From assembly GCA_041662745.1 (NCBI GenBank), contig JBAZRV010000001.1, forward strand, positions 384-64,383: a stretch of DNA of 64,000 nucleotides, in the 5' to 3' direction. Source of the DNA: Patescibacteria group bacterium. Lineage in GTDB: Bacteria; Patescibacteriota; Patescibacteriia; 2-01-FULL-39-33. Made by a program: the position numbers and the translations under genes. The notes below the pieces were generated by a model. The model was not told the origin of the DNA. It saw nothing but the letters and a program-made list of their open reading frames with translations, and searched no databases. Positions 17,576-28,267 of this stretch are shown here, one piece after another (position 1 is the stretch's first letter; every line of letters begins with the position of its first letter).

Positions 17576-20494
17576 TCAAACCACAATACTGACCAACTTG
17601 CCTTTAATAAAAATAACTTTCTTGGGCTCGCCAGTCAAATATCTTTTAACGTTTGCATCATTAAGCGCCGCGGCCTTGGCTGTCTCCTCCGTTACATCCG
17701 TCGGTAAAACCAATTTTGCTCTAATTTTGCCATTAACCTGCACTGGAATTTCCTTTTCAGCATCAACGACTTTAGCCGGATCATACTCTGGCCATTTTTC
17801 TTTAAAAATACTAGTTTCGTGCCCGAGCTGATACCATAATTCTTCACACATATGTGGAGCAAAAGGAGATAAGATAATTAGAAACGATTTTTTGATAAAT
17901 TCTAAAGAAGCCTCATCTATTTTTTGTTTATCTACTTTTTTTTCTACTTCATTTTTCCCTGTATTCCAAAAATTTATCAAAATCATAAATTGAGAAATCG
18001 CGGTATTAAACTTCATTTCTTCTATATCTTCCCCAGCTTTCTTTATTATCCTATGCATTTCTCTAATCATCCAACCTTCATTAGGTGATATCTTATTCCA
18101 CCAATCTTTATCCTGATAAAATTCCCAAACCTTATTCAAAAACCGATGCACGCCCAAAATATTTTTTGTACTCCAGGGTTTCATATCTTCCAAGGGGCCC
18201 ATAAACATTTCATACATGCGGAAAGTGTCGGCGCCATATTCTTTCAGGATGTCATCGGGATTAACCACATTGCCGCGAGACTTAGACATCTTCTCTCCAT
18301 CCTCTCCCAAAATCAAACCCTGATTAACCAGCTTGGCAAACGGCTCCTCAAACGGCACTGCTTCAATATCAAATAGAACCATATTCCAGAACCGAGCATA
18401 AAGCAAATGCAAAACCGCATGCTCAGCACCGCCCAAATACAAATCAACCGGCAACCAATACTTCAATTTTTCTTGATCGGCGAAAGCTTTGTCATTGTGC
18501 GAATCAATATATCTTAACCAATACCAAGAAGAACCGGCCCATTGGGGCATAGTGTTGGTTTCGCGCTTAGCCGGACCGCCGCAGGTAGGGCAAGTCGTAT
18601 TAACCCACTCGTCAATGGTCGCGAGCGGCGACTCGCCCGTTCCGGTCGGTTCGTATTTTTCTACTTCCGGCAAAGTCAAAGGCAAGTCTTTTTCCTCAAG
18701 CGGCACAATACCGCATTTCTCGCAGTGAACTAACGGAATCGGCTCGCCCCAATAGCGTTGGCGCGAAAATACCCAGTCGCGCAATTTATAATTAATCGCT
18801 TTCTGTCCGCAGCCCTTCTCTTCCAGCCAATCAGTCATCTTACCAATTGCTTTGGCCGGCGCCAAACCATTTAAAAATTCAGAATTAACCATCAAGCCAT
18901 TATCAACATCGGTATAGGCGATATCGCCTTTTTTAATCCGCTCCAACCAAATATCCATTTCGGCATGAACCATAAAATCCAAAGTCAGCTCGTCCGGATT
19001 CTTCCATAAAATCTCATTCTGAGCTTCCTTTTCCTCGTCAGAAATATCCACCTGTTCCTCATCAATTAAATCAAACTCTACTAAGTTGGTATAAGAAACA
19101 CGATTAACATCTTTGTGATTAGCAAAATATTCGGCTCGCACCTGTCCGCCCAAAATCTTGCCATTAGCAAGATTCTTATAACCGGTTTCTTCCAGAACTT
19201 CCCGCTTGGCCGCTGCCAGTAAATCCTCATCTTGGCCAACACCGCCCATCGGAAAAGTAACCCAGTTATATTTGTGGGAATGCAAGCATAAGATTTTTCC
19301 GGTTTTAGGATTTCTAACCACTACTTGGACGTTATGCCTCTCAATTTTTTCCTTGCCAACGACCGGTGGGTTCCTTTTATCGATCCTCTCCGGAATAATC
19401 ACTTCAATAATGGGCAAATCAAACTTCTTGGCAAACTCGAAATCCCGCTCATCATGCGCCGGCACCGCCATAATCGCGCCCGTGCCATAGGTCGCCAAAA
19501 CATAATCGGAAATCCAGATAGGAATTTCAGTATTATTGACGGGATTAATCGCCTTAATGCCTTTTAATTCAACGCCGGTTTTGTCTTTATTCAATTCTGT
19601 CCTTTCCAAATCTGATTTATTTTTAGCAGTTACAATATAATCTTCAACTTCAGGAAAGTTACTGATTTTATCTTTCAATTCTTGAACCAATTTATGCTCC
19701 GGCGCCAAAACCATATAAGTCGCGCCGAATAAAGTGTCGGGGCGCGTAGTATAAACCCTGATTTTTTCATCACTATCGGCAATCTTAAAATCAACTTCCG
19801 CTCCCTCGCTTCGGCCGATCCAATTTCTCTGCAAAGTTTTGATTGATTCCGGCCAAGCCAGTTTTTCAACTCCCTCTAACAATCTATCGGCATAAGCGGT
19901 AATCTTTAACATCCATTGGCGCATATCGCGGCGCTCCACTGCCGTACCGCAACGATCGCATTTGCCGTCTTTGACTTCTTCATTAGCTAAACCGGTCTTG
20001 CAAGACGGACAGAAATTTATCGGTATGGTGGCTTCATAAGCCAAGCCCTTTTTAAATAATTGCAAAAAAATCCACTGCGTCCATTTGTAATATTTCGGGT
20101 CAGTCGTATCCACTTCCCTGTCCCAATCATAGGAGAATCCCAGTGATTGGATTTGGCGTTTGAAAGTAGCGATATTGGCCTCGGTCGTAATTCGCGGATG
20201 CGTGCCGGTTTTAATGGCATAATTTTCGGCCGGCAAACCAAAGGCGTCCCAACCCATGGGGTGTAAGACATTAAAACCCTTGAGACGCAAATAACGGGAA
20301 TAAATGTCAGTTGCCGTATAGCCTTCCGGATGACCGACATGGAGTCCGGCTCCTGACGGATAAGGGAACATATCCAAAACATACTTTTTAGGCTTGACAC
20401 TAAAATCTTCGGCCTGATCAATTTTGGTGTTCAACCACTTGTCTTGCCATTTTTTTTCTCCGCCCGAAATGATGAATTCTTTGTATGAAGCCAT
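17576..20494 (-). CDS. leuS: Leucyl-tRNA synthetase carrying a ~135-aa Nudix hydrolase insertion inside the CP1 editing domain
   Basis: HVGHPEGY (HIGH) and KMSKS present; editing motif [13 protein letters not shown]. After …FDLPII comes an extra segment with a canonical Nudix box [23 protein letters not shown] (residues ~385-480, coordinates ~19000-19340) before the normal …NSEFLNGL…[12 protein letters not shown]. Confidence 0.9.
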   Translation of the reverse strand: MASYKEFIISGGEKKWQDKWLNTKIDQAEDFSVKPKKYVLDMFPYPSGAGLHVGHPEGYTATDIYSRYLRLKGFNVLHPMGWDAFGLPAENYAIKTGTHPRITTEANIATFKRQIQSLGFSYDWDREVDTTDPKYYKWTQWIFLQLFKKGLAYEATIPINFCPSCKTGLANEEVKDGKCDRCGTAVERRDMRQWMLKITAYADRLLEGVEKLAWPESIKTLQRNWIGRSEGAEVDFKIADSDEKIRVYTTRPDTLFGATYMVLAPEHKLVQELKDKISNFPEVEDYIVTAKNKSDLERTELNKDKTGVELKGIKAINPVNNTEIPIWISDYVLATYGTGAIMAVPAHDERDFEFAKKFDLPIIEVIIPERIDKRNPPVVGKEKIERHNVQVVVRNPKTGKILCLHSHKYNWVTFPMGGVGQDEDLLAAAKREVLEETGYKNLANGKILGGQVRAEYFANHKDVNRVSYTNLVEFDLIDEEQVDISDEEKEAQNEILWKNPDELTLDFMVHAEMDIWLERIKKGDIAYTDVDNGLMVNSEFLNGLAPAKAIGKMTDWLEEKGCGQKAINYKLRDWVFSRQRYWGEPIPLVHCEKCGIVPLEEKDLPLTLPEVEKYEPTGTGESPLATIDEWVNTTCPTCGGPAKRETNTMPQWAGSSWYWLRYIDSHNDKAFADQEKLKYWLPVDLYLGGAEHAVLHLLYARFWNMVLFDIEAVPFEEPFAKLVNQGLILGEDGEKMSKSRGNVVNPDDILKEYGADTFRMYEMFMGPLEDMKPWSTKNILGVHRFLNKVWEFYQDKDWWNKISPNEGWMIREMHRIIKKAGEDIEEMKFNTAISQFMILINFWNTGKNEVEKKVDKQKIDEASLEFIKKSFLIILSPFAPHMCEELWYQLGHETSIFKEKWPEYDPAKVVDAEKEIPVQVNGKIRAKLVLPTDVTEETAKAAALNDANVKRYLTGEPKKVIFIKGKLVSIVV

Positions 20495-20589
20495 AAAAAA
20501 ACGCTTTAATTTAGATATTTAAAGATTACCACAAACTAAAGCCTTTTTCAACGGCCATTCTCACCGACTTGGTTTGTTGACATTTTCTG

Positions 20590-20618
20590 TTGACATTTTC
20601 AGCAACCTTTGCTATAAT
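20590..20618 (+). promoter_or_regulatory. Consensus sigma70 promoter TTGACA-17-TATAAT for the ankyrin gene
   Basis: ttgaca(20590-95), 17-nt spacer, tataat(20613-18); a second TTGACA sits 10 nt upstream; SD AAAAGGAGAGG precedes ATG 20747. Confidence 0.55.
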
Positions 20619-20746
20619 AGTCTATTACTATCAGAACATTGACATTTTAATACAAATAACCCGTTAAAATTTAGTTCTGGGCTGGAAGTTTTGCAATTTC
20701 TATAAACATTATTAGCAAACAAAAACCAAACAAAAAGGAGAGGCAA

Positions 20747-21490
20747 ATGACCGAAAGTAAAGACGGGGCAAATATTGGTAAACCCCAAAACGCTGACGAT
20801 TATGAGAAGGCTACTCGCTATAAATTAATAGAATATTGCGCTGGAGGCAACAGTAATACCTGCTTAGCATTCTTAGCGAATTACTGCTCCACGCGCTTTT
20901 ATCCTCGTCGTCTTGATTTTAACGCTTATAGCGTCAAAGAACATCCAACAGAGGATCTTAGCGCCTTAACTCCGCTTACCGCTGCTTGCGGCTTAACATT
21001 GACTGGCAGCTTCGCCAGACGAAGCGAAGAAGATAAACGGTTAGAAATCGTCAAAAAGTTATTGCAATACCATACCGATCCCAATTTCCAACCGACCGGC
21101 AGTAGCTTCTGGAATACGCCTCTCATGATCGCGGCTTGGATCGGCTACGAAAAAATAACCGAACTGCTTCTGCGATATGGCGCCGCGATCAATTGTTCTG
21201 ATCGCCATAATTCTACTGCCTTGATTTATGCGGCCGGCCAAGGCCACAAAAAAATCGTTGAACAATTGCTTGAGGCTGGCGCTGATCCAGAAATAATCAA
21301 TAGCCGAGGCTGGTCGGCCATTCACTATGCAGTGGCCAAAGCCTACATTGGAATAATCAGAATTTTAATGAAAAAACAAGGTATCACTCCTGAGGAACTG
21401 GGCCTGATTGAAAAAAGCGTTTTCCAGAAAACCAACGTTAAAATCGTTAGCCCGACAATCGTCCAAAACACCTATCCGGCGCCAGGCTGA
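20747..21490 (+). CDS. Ankyrin-repeat protein
   Basis: Tandem ~33-aa ANK repeats (TPLMIAAWIGYEKITELLLRYGAAIN…STALIYAAGQGHKKIVEQLLEAGADP…). Confidence 0.8.
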   Translation: MTESKDGANIGKPQNADDYEKATRYKLIEYCAGGNSNTCLAFLANYCSTRFYPRRLDFNAYSVKEHPTEDLSALTPLTAACGLTLTGSFARRSEEDKRLEIVKKLLQYHTDPNFQPTGSSFWNTPLMIAAWIGYEKITELLLRYGAAINCSDRHNSTALIYAAGQGHKKIVEQLLEAGADPEIINSRGWSAIHYAVAKAYIGIIRILMKKQGITPEELGLIEKSVFQKTNVKIVSPTIVQNTYPAPG

Positions 21491-21535
21491 TTATTAATGG
21501 CCGGCACAACCATTTTACCTTAGCACTTTTTCCCT

Positions 21536-21575
21536 CCTCGCAAACAGCTGTCGGTTCGCGAGGATTTTTTATTTT
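21536..21575 (+). terminator. Rho-independent terminator of the ankyrin gene
   Basis: CCTCGC-aaacagctgtcggtt-CGCGAGG followed by ATTTTTTATTTT. Confidence 0.65.
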
Positions 21576-21602
21576 ACAAAAACCGCCCCGAAAGAGGCGG
21601 TT
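21568..21602 (-). terminator. Rho-independent terminator (minus strand) after the 77-aa gene
   Basis: AACCGCC-tctttcgg-GGCGGTT + TTTTGTAAAAT on the minus strand. Confidence 0.6.
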
Positions 21603-21608
21603 GAAGTG

Positions 21609-21842
21609 CTAACTCATAATCAGACGATCGGTTTTTTGTAAAAGCGCCACAACTTCCGGATCATCAATTTTGCCGATTAATTCCAAATCTCCGCTGTTTC
21701 GGATATCGGGCCCATACTGCCTCAGCATCACGGTCAGTTGATCATCCGGCCCGAAAGCCGCCCGCATAGTCTGTGGCGCCGGCACCACCAGCCGCAAAAT
21801 GCCAGTGGACTTTTCTTTAACGACCGTACCGAATGGAATCAT
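21609..21842 (-). CDS. Hypothetical small protein (77 aa)
   Basis: ORF with terminator downstream; no confident family assignment. Confidence 0.45.
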   Translation of the reverse strand: MIPFGTVVKEKSTGILRLVVPAPQTMRAAFGPDDQLTVMLRQYGPDIRNSGDLELIGKIDDPEVVALLQKTDRLIMS

Positions 21843-21911
21843 GGCTTACCCTCCTGATGTTTAGTTATTCCAAAATCAAGTACTGCAAAAAATTAAATTT
21901 ATAAGTTTCGG

Positions 21912-24794
21912 CTATTTCAGTATTTTTTTCAAATACTGGCCGGTGTAACTTTCTTTGACTTTCGCCACATCATAAGGCGTGCCGCTGGCCACCACATAAC
22001 CGCCTTTCTCCCCGCCTTCGGGACCCAAATCTATCACCCAGTCGGCCGACTTAATGACTTCCAAATTATGTTCAATGATCAATACGGAATTATCCTTATC
22101 AGCCAAGCGATTCAAGACGTGCAATAAGCGTTTGATATCCTCAAAATGCAAGCCGGTAGTCGGCTCATCCAAAATATACAAAGTCTTGCCGGTCGGTCGG
22201 CGCGATAATTCCGTAGCCAGCTTGACCCTTTGCGCCTCACCGCCGGATAAAGTGGTGGCGGGCTGGCCCAATTTAAGATAGCCCAAACCGACTTGATCAA
22301 GGATGTCAAGCTTATCAATGATCTGGTCATGACCGGAAAAAAACTTTTTGGCCTCGGTCACTGACATGGCCAAGACATCGGCGATATTCTTGCCCTTATA
22401 ATAAATTTCCAGGGCGTCATGATTATAACGCTGGCCGTGGCATTCCTCGCACTCCACATAAACGTCAGGCAAGAATTGCATTTCAATCTTAACCAGGCCA
22501 TCTCCCCCGCAAGTCTCGCAACGGCCTCCGCCCTTAACATTAAAAGAGAAATGACCTTGCTTAAACCCGCGCATCTTGGCTTCCGGCAATTCGGAAAACA
22601 AATCGCGGATATAAGTAAACACGCCGGTGTAGGTCGCGGGGTTGGAACGCGGCGTCCGGCCGATAGGCGACTGATTGATATCAATCACCTTATCCAAATT
22701 TTCCAATCCTTTGATCTCTTTATGCTGACCCGGCAAATCTTTGGTGCGATAAAATCTGTTGGATAAAGCTTTGGCTAAAATCTCATTCATTAGGGTTGAT
22801 TTGCCGCTGCCGGATACGCCGGTGATCACCACTAATTTTCCCAAGGGGATATTAACGGTGATATTTTTCAAATTGAACTCTTTAGCGCCGATGATTTCAA
22901 TGAATTTGCCATTGCCTTCGCGCAACTGGCTTTTGGCCTCAATGCGCCTGACGCCCGCCAAATATTGGCCGGTCAAAGATTTCTTATTTTTCTTTACTTG
23001 GCTGATCGGACCTTCAGCTACCACTTCTCCGCCTAAAGCGCCGGCGCCGGGACCGATATCAATCAGCCAATCCGAAGCCTCCATAATCTGCTCATCATGT
23101 TCCACGACAATCACCGAATTGCCCTTGTCGCGCAAGGTCTTCAAAGTATTGATCAACTTCTCCGTATTGCGCGGATGCAGGCCGATAGACGGTTCATCCA
23201 AAACGTAAGTTACCGATTCCAAACCGGAACCGATCTGCACGGCCAAACGGATACGCTGAGCTTCGCCGCCGGCCAAGGTATTGGCGGCGCGCGACAAAGT
23301 CAAATATTCCAAACCGACATTCCTCAAAAAAGATAATTTTTTCAACGCTTCGCGGATCAATTGTTTGGCTATCTTGCCTTCGCGTTTATCCTCCCATCTT
23401 TTGGTGAAACCCGATAAAAACTCTTCCAAATCAGACAAAGACAGATTGGTTACTTGGGAAATATTCTTGCCCTCCACTTTAACCGCCAAACTCTCCGGTT
23501 TCAGCCTGGTGCCATGGCAAGTGGGACAAGTGGACACGCGCATATAGTCCTCCAATGTCTTCTGCAAGTATTCCGACTTGGTATCGTTATATTTATCATC
23601 CAAAAATTTCAAAACGCCCTCAAACAGCAATGGTTTGCCGTCAACGTAATATTCCTTGCCGTCGCCTTCAAAAATCAAATCAACGACTTTCTCCGGCAAC
23701 TCGGCCACCGACACATTCAAAGAAAAATCATGGGCTTTGGCGACCGCTTCCAATAATTTCATATTGGAATTTTGGCTGGCAAAATTGCGCGACCAGGGCT
23801 TAATGGCGCCCTCGGCCAAAGTCAAGCGCTTATTGGGTATGATCAGATCGCGATCAGGATTGAGTTTAACGCCTAAACCGCGGCAAGCCGGACAAGCGCC
23901 GAAAGGCGAGTTGAAAGAAAAGGATCGAGGCTCAATTTCCGGAATGCTTAATTGGCATTTAGCGCAAAAATAATAAAGATTGAAAGGGATTTCCTGAATC
24001 TTGTCGGGAGCCTGGGCGGAGGAAACAATGATATTCACAAAACCGTTGCTTAAGTCCAGGGCCAAAAGCAACGCCCTATTCAAACGTTGAAAAGATACAT
24101 CCTTATCATCCTGCGCTTTAATTTCCTTAGTGATAGGCAAATTATCAAGTTGCACCTCAATCGTATGCGATAAATCCCTATCCAAAGACAATTTACCCCC
24201 GGAAATTTCATGGGCTTGATAAAAACTGCCGTCAATGCGGAAAATTTCGTAGTTAACGCGCAAAAGATTATCAATAATCTTGGCATGATTGCCTTTTTTG
24301 TTGATTACGACGGGCGATAGAAGAGAAATACGGTTGCCTTCCGGCAATTTGGATAAACGTTCCAAGATCTGCCCGGCAGTCTGGCGGGTCAACGGTTCGC
24401 CGCATTTGTGGCAATGCACTACGCCGACCTTGGCGTAAAGCAAACGCAAATAATCGTAAATTTCCGTTACCGTGCCGACAGTGGAACGGGGATTAATGGA
24501 AGAAGATTTCTGATCAATGGCAATGGTCGGTGATAATCCCTCAATCGCGTCAACATCCGGCTTATCCATCAAATCCAAAAATTGTTTGGCATAGGAAGAC
24601 AGGGATTCGGCATAGCGTCTTTGGCCTTCGGCATAAATGGTGTCAAAGGCTAATGACGATTTGCCTGAGCCGGACAAACCCGTAATAACCACTAATCGGT
24701 CTTTAGGAATGTCTACCGAGATGTTTTTCAAGTTGTTGACTCTGGCGCCACGGACGCTGATTTGTTTGCGATTAGAAGAAGGGGATTTTGGCAT
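21912..24794 (-). CDS. uvrA: Excinuclease ABC subunit A
   Basis: 960 aa; two ABC ATPase modules ([28 protein letters not shown] ×2); Zn-finger CxxC motifs. Confidence 0.95.
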   Translation of the reverse strand: MPKSPSSNRKQISVRGARVNNLKNISVDIPKDRLVVITGLSGSGKSSLAFDTIYAEGQRRYAESLSSYAKQFLDLMDKPDVDAIEGLSPTIAIDQKSSSINPRSTVGTVTEIYDYLRLLYAKVGVVHCHKCGEPLTRQTAGQILERLSKLPEGNRISLLSPVVINKKGNHAKIIDNLLRVNYEIFRIDGSFYQAHEISGGKLSLDRDLSHTIEVQLDNLPITKEIKAQDDKDVSFQRLNRALLLALDLSNGFVNIIVSSAQAPDKIQEIPFNLYYFCAKCQLSIPEIEPRSFSFNSPFGACPACRGLGVKLNPDRDLIIPNKRLTLAEGAIKPWSRNFASQNSNMKLLEAVAKAHDFSLNVSVAELPEKVVDLIFEGDGKEYYVDGKPLLFEGVLKFLDDKYNDTKSEYLQKTLEDYMRVSTCPTCHGTRLKPESLAVKVEGKNISQVTNLSLSDLEEFLSGFTKRWEDKREGKIAKQLIREALKKLSFLRNVGLEYLTLSRAANTLAGGEAQRIRLAVQIGSGLESVTYVLDEPSIGLHPRNTEKLINTLKTLRDKGNSVIVVEHDEQIMEASDWLIDIGPGAGALGGEVVAEGPISQVKKNKKSLTGQYLAGVRRIEAKSQLREGNGKFIEIIGAKEFNLKNITVNIPLGKLVVITGVSGSGKSTLMNEILAKALSNRFYRTKDLPGQHKEIKGLENLDKVIDINQSPIGRTPRSNPATYTGVFTYIRDLFSELPEAKMRGFKQGHFSFNVKGGGRCETCGGDGLVKIEMQFLPDVYVECEECHGQRYNHDALEIYYKGKNIADVLAMSVTEAKKFFSGHDQIIDKLDILDQVGLGYLKLGQPATTLSGGEAQRVKLATELSRRPTGKTLYILDEPTTGLHFEDIKRLLHVLNRLADKDNSVLIIEHNLEVIKSADWVIDLGPEGGEKGGYVVASGTPYDVAKVKESYTGQYLKKILK

Positions 24795-24922
24795 AAGGTA
24801 TTTTAAGATATGTCAACAAAAAGCATATCACAATTTGCTTGGCAGGTCAAGTAAGAATGAAAAAGAATAAAAAAACGGGAGCTCTTGCGAACTCCCGGCG
24901 GGGTAATGTGCAGCAAAGCGGT

Positions 24923-25888
24923 TCAATCATACTTCTCGTCAGAGAAGCGAAACCGCTCCAGAATTGAGAGCGGATACTGTTCAACTAAGATCCCTCGAGC
25001 CTCCCATTGGAAGCTGGTTTCACGGCCCTCGCCATGAATGTCCTGGATCTGCTGAGCGGGAATCACTTCAGCGTACTTCACCCACTCCCCACACTTCAGA
25101 TAAGCCAGTCCATCCTCGCGTAGTGGTACCTGTGTCCAATGAACACGAGCCACCTCGCCGTTCGGCATTGCAATGGCGCCGAAACCGCGAGACAGATTCC
25201 AGAACAGAACGACAGAGTAAGACTCCGCCATTCCTCCCTCCTCAACACAATTCATGGAGGGAAGAGGCGGCGGCGGGTTCAGTATCAGCGTCTCCTCGGG
25301 CAAGAGGCCGTCTTCACCTTGTTCCCAACCCATAAACTGAGCGGCCAACCAGTCATTTAGTTGCGGCCAATCCACAGTCGGAAAGTAAACGCCGGCGCCG
25401 TTCCAAATGGCCTGATGCTCACCGATCTTCTGCAGGGTGGCAAAGAATTTGCCCATCTGACTAACGATCGCCGCCTGCCAGATCACGATCCGGCCAAGCG
25501 AATCAATGCCGATCAGGTGCAGATTGTTGGTCTGTGGCATGGTGGTGAAACACTTATGCTTCTCCGACCAGGTGACCGGCACTGTCCGATTGAAGTTGAC
25601 CGCAGTTTCCCGGCCGTCGTTTATAAGGCTCCGGGCTCGTTTCTCCACCAGATCGCCGCGGCCATTAGCCAGCAACACCATCCATGGTTTGGACGGTACT
25701 TCCGTCGGAGTGAAGGTAGTAACATCCAGCATGAACCGGCATGGATTCTCGGGGCATTCCTCCAGGGGTGTCACCCCAACGGACAGAGGAATATTGTTGA
25801 GCACCCCATCAACGACAAATTGCGCGTAGACCACCACTTCGGCCCCATCGATCGCGGGGATAACCCCTTGCTCTTGCATGGTCTTCAT
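24923..25888 (-). CDS. Hypothetical protein (321 aa) in a GC-elevated islet
   Basis: Long ORF, ~55% GC versus ~42% in flanks; no recognisable domain. Confidence 0.5.
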   Translation of the reverse strand: MKTMQEQGVIPAIDGAEVVVYAQFVVDGVLNNIPLSVGVTPLEECPENPCRFMLDVTTFTPTEVPSKPWMVLLANGRGDLVEKRARSLINDGRETAVNFNRTVPVTWSEKHKCFTTMPQTNNLHLIGIDSLGRIVIWQAAIVSQMGKFFATLQKIGEHQAIWNGAGVYFPTVDWPQLNDWLAAQFMGWEQGEDGLLPEETLILNPPPPLPSMNCVEEGGMAESYSVVLFWNLSRGFGAIAMPNGEVARVHWTQVPLREDGLAYLKCGEWVKYAEVIPAQQIQDIHGEGRETSFQWEARGILVEQYPLSILERFRFSDEKYD

Positions 25889-25972
25889 GTCTCATCTCCT
25901 TGAATTGCCGGATCATTCCGGCTGGGCTTATGGACAAAACCGTCTGACTCACATTGCCAGGCAGTACGGACG

Positions 25973-26230
25973 CTAACAATCGGGACAGTAAGGTATAACA
26001 TCCTCAGAAAACAACACCTCCTTCGGTTGTTTGATTTGACCGCACTCAAAGGCGATTCTCGCTGCCTCCCGACGGTCAACAAACTCTCCGCCGTCAGTCA
26101 CAAATCCCTGCTCCGCACCACTGAAAAATCCGGGTGGCGCAGAATGGCCATATTTCTGAATAATCCTGCCGTGACGGCAGGCGACGAATATCTCTCCGTC
26201 CTGTTGACGAATGGCCGCTTGCACGATCAC
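25973..26230 (-). CDS. Hypothetical protein (85 aa)
   Basis: ORF in the same GC-rich islet; contains CRHGR…CPDC. Confidence 0.4.
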   Translation of the reverse strand: MIVQAAIRQQDGEIFVACRHGRIIQKYGHSAPPGFFSGAEQGFVTDGGEFVDRREAARIAFECGQIKQPKEVLFSEDVIPYCPDC

Positions 26231-26232
26231 TC

Positions 26233-26697
26233 TTATTCCTCCTGCTTAATATATCGCCCCGTAGGATAGCCATCGGCTTGATATTCCTTAACATACCCGG
26301 GCTTCAACCGGTGGTCAATCCAAATGCCGTAAACACGTTGGTTATGCGAATAGCTCGTATGAGTCACCTCCAACTTCCAATCAATCAAATCAAACCAGGG
26401 TTTTTCCAATTCAAAACAATCCACTACACTTAAAATATTCCAAACCTCAAAAGTACCAATTCCCTCAACCACACTATAGGTATGGCTGTAGTTCCAATCC
26501 AATGGAATCCACGAATGACTGCCAATGGTGATTGTTTCCCCAATGGAATCAACGATTGACCTAGAAGCAACGACTGACCGCTGTTGTTCCTCTGCTTGCT
26601 TCGGATCCTGCGAGCACGAGGCGCCCACGACCATAACAACAATAATGAACCAAGCCACGCCGGTCGCTAAAGCCAAATTTTTCCAATTTTCGTTCAT
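26233..26697 (-). CDS. Putative lipoprotein (154 aa)
   Basis: Signal peptide + lipobox-like VVGASC; mature part rich in W/Y. Confidence 0.5.
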   Translation of the reverse strand: MNENWKNLALATGVAWFIIVVMVVGASCSQDPKQAEEQQRSVVASRSIVDSIGETITIGSHSWIPLDWNYSHTYSVVEGIGTFEVWNILSVVDCFELEKPWFDLIDWKLEVTHTSYSHNQRVYGIWIDHRLKPGYVKEYQADGYPTGRYIKQEE

Positions 26698-26883
26698 TGT
26701 AAAGTCCTCCTTCGGCCATTACAGCCGAATTCAACTCGGGCTGATTCCCGAATTAATATATAATTATAGCAAATTTAAACAATTTTGTCAATACCTTTAT
26801 CCACAACTGACATTTATCTAAATTTAAACAAAAAAATCGCCCAACCGCTAAAGCCGGACGATTTTTTAAAATTTAAATTCTGT

Positions 26884-27318
26884 TTATTTGATTTTGGTGC
26901 GTAAGCCGAAAAAATACACTAATGTCATCACCACCCAATAAATTCCTCCAATCAGGGATATAAGCCAACCAAGAATGGGAATAATAGCGACTAAACTGCA
27001 AACAATCGGAACCAAAACTAAAATATAGAACCATTTTTTCTTTTCTTCATTAACAGCAATAAAGGCGGCTTTGTCGGTCATGCCCCAATGATAGATATTA
27101 ATCAAACTCAAGACGGCCAAAACAATGCCGACGATCAAAAAAACAACGCCGAAAATAGCCATAGCGCCAACCATGGCGCCTAATCCTCCGCCCATCATGG
27201 CTCCGGCTCCGGTCGGAATTTGAGCGGCTTGGGCCGCTTGCATAGCCTGGCGTTGCAATTCTTGCAGTTGCGCCGCGTCAGGCATCGTTCCCGCGGCTTG
27301 CAAAACTAATGCTAACAT
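26884..27318 (-). CDS. Hypothetical integral membrane protein
   Basis: Gly/Ala/Met-rich N-terminus then 3 TM helices. Confidence 0.5.
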   Translation of the reverse strand: MLALVLQAAGTMPDAAQLQELQRQAMQAAQAAQIPTGAGAMMGGGLGAMVGAMAIFGVVFLIVGIVLAVLSLINIYHWGMTDKAAFIAVNEEKKKWFYILVLVPIVCSLVAIIPILGWLISLIGGIYWVVMTLVYFFGLRTKIK

Positions 27319-27369
27319 ATTATCACCTCCCTTCTTTATGATTTATCTTTGACTTTCTATTTGCCTAAC

Positions 27370-28263
27370 TTACATCAACTCAAACCTCTTGATATTCTCC
27401 TCGCAAATATCTTGCAATTTTTTAAGTTCGGCTTCCGCCCCCGGCTTGAACAAATGTTTAAAGCGTTTCTGCAGTTTTAAAAATTCTTCCACCGGTTTCT
27501 TCTGGGTAACCTTCATTTTATTGGTCAGCTCGCCATTGACATACTCCACAATCGGATAATAACCCGTCTGCACGGCCAGTTTGGCGACGTTAATCGTGTC
27601 TTTGGGATCTATGCCCCAACCCGGCACGCACGGCACATACAGTTGCAAATACTTCGGCCCCTTGACGCTCAGCGCTTTCTTAACCTTGGCAACCAAATCG
27701 GCGGGATAACCGACAGTGGCCGTAGCGACGTAAGGCACATGATGCGCTAAAGCGATGGCCACCATGTCCTTTTTCCTGGTGGGATTGCCGAAGGACTTTT
27801 TACCGGCCGGAGCGGTGGTGGTGTTGGCGTCAAGCGGCGTGGATCCCGATGTCTGATAGCCGGTATTCTCATACGCCTCATTGTCATAACAGACATACAA
27901 AACATTGTCACCTCGTTCCCATAGGCCGGAAATATGGCCCAAACCGATGTCAAAAGTGGCGCCATCGCCACCCAGGGCGATAACATTCACTTCCCGATCC
28001 TTGCCCTCATGTTTTAAGGCGTAATAAATGCCCGAAGCCAGACAGGAAGAATTTTCAAACAATGAATGAATCCACGGCACCTTGAACGCGGTCATGGGAT
28101 ATTGCGTCGTGGTTACTTCGCTGCAACCAGTGGCATTGGTCAGGATAGTATTGGGTCCGGCCGTATCAGTTACCAGCCGAGCGGCAATAATCATGCCGCA
28201 ACCGGCGCAAGCCGAATGGCCGGGATTAAGAATATGGGATAATGGCGCTTTATATTTTTTCAT
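27370..28263 (-). CDS. porB: Pyruvate/2-oxoacid:ferredoxin oxidoreductase beta subunit (TPP-binding)
   Basis: Start at MKKYKAPLSHILNPGHSACAGCG (5 nt after the porA stop); GDGATFDIG TPP motif. Confidence 0.85.
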   Translation of the reverse strand: MKKYKAPLSHILNPGHSACAGCGMIIAARLVTDTAGPNTILTNATGCSEVTTTQYPMTAFKVPWIHSLFENSSCLASGIYYALKHEGKDREVNVIALGGDGATFDIGLGHISGLWERGDNVLYVCYDNEAYENTGYQTSGSTPLDANTTTAPAGKKSFGNPTRKKDMVAIALAHHVPYVATATVGYPADLVAKVKKALSVKGPKYLQLYVPCVPGWGIDPKDTINVAKLAVQTGYYPIVEYVNGELTNKMKVTQKKPVEEFLKLQKRFKHLFKPGAEAELKKLQDICEENIKRFELM

Positions 28264-28267
28264 AAAA

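Noticed and set aside
22054-24870. Numerous 60-150-aa ORFs on both strands inside uvrA (22054.., 22358.., 22759.., 23454.. etc.)
   Set aside because: They overlap a well-supported 960-aa UvrA reading frame and are antisense or out of frame.
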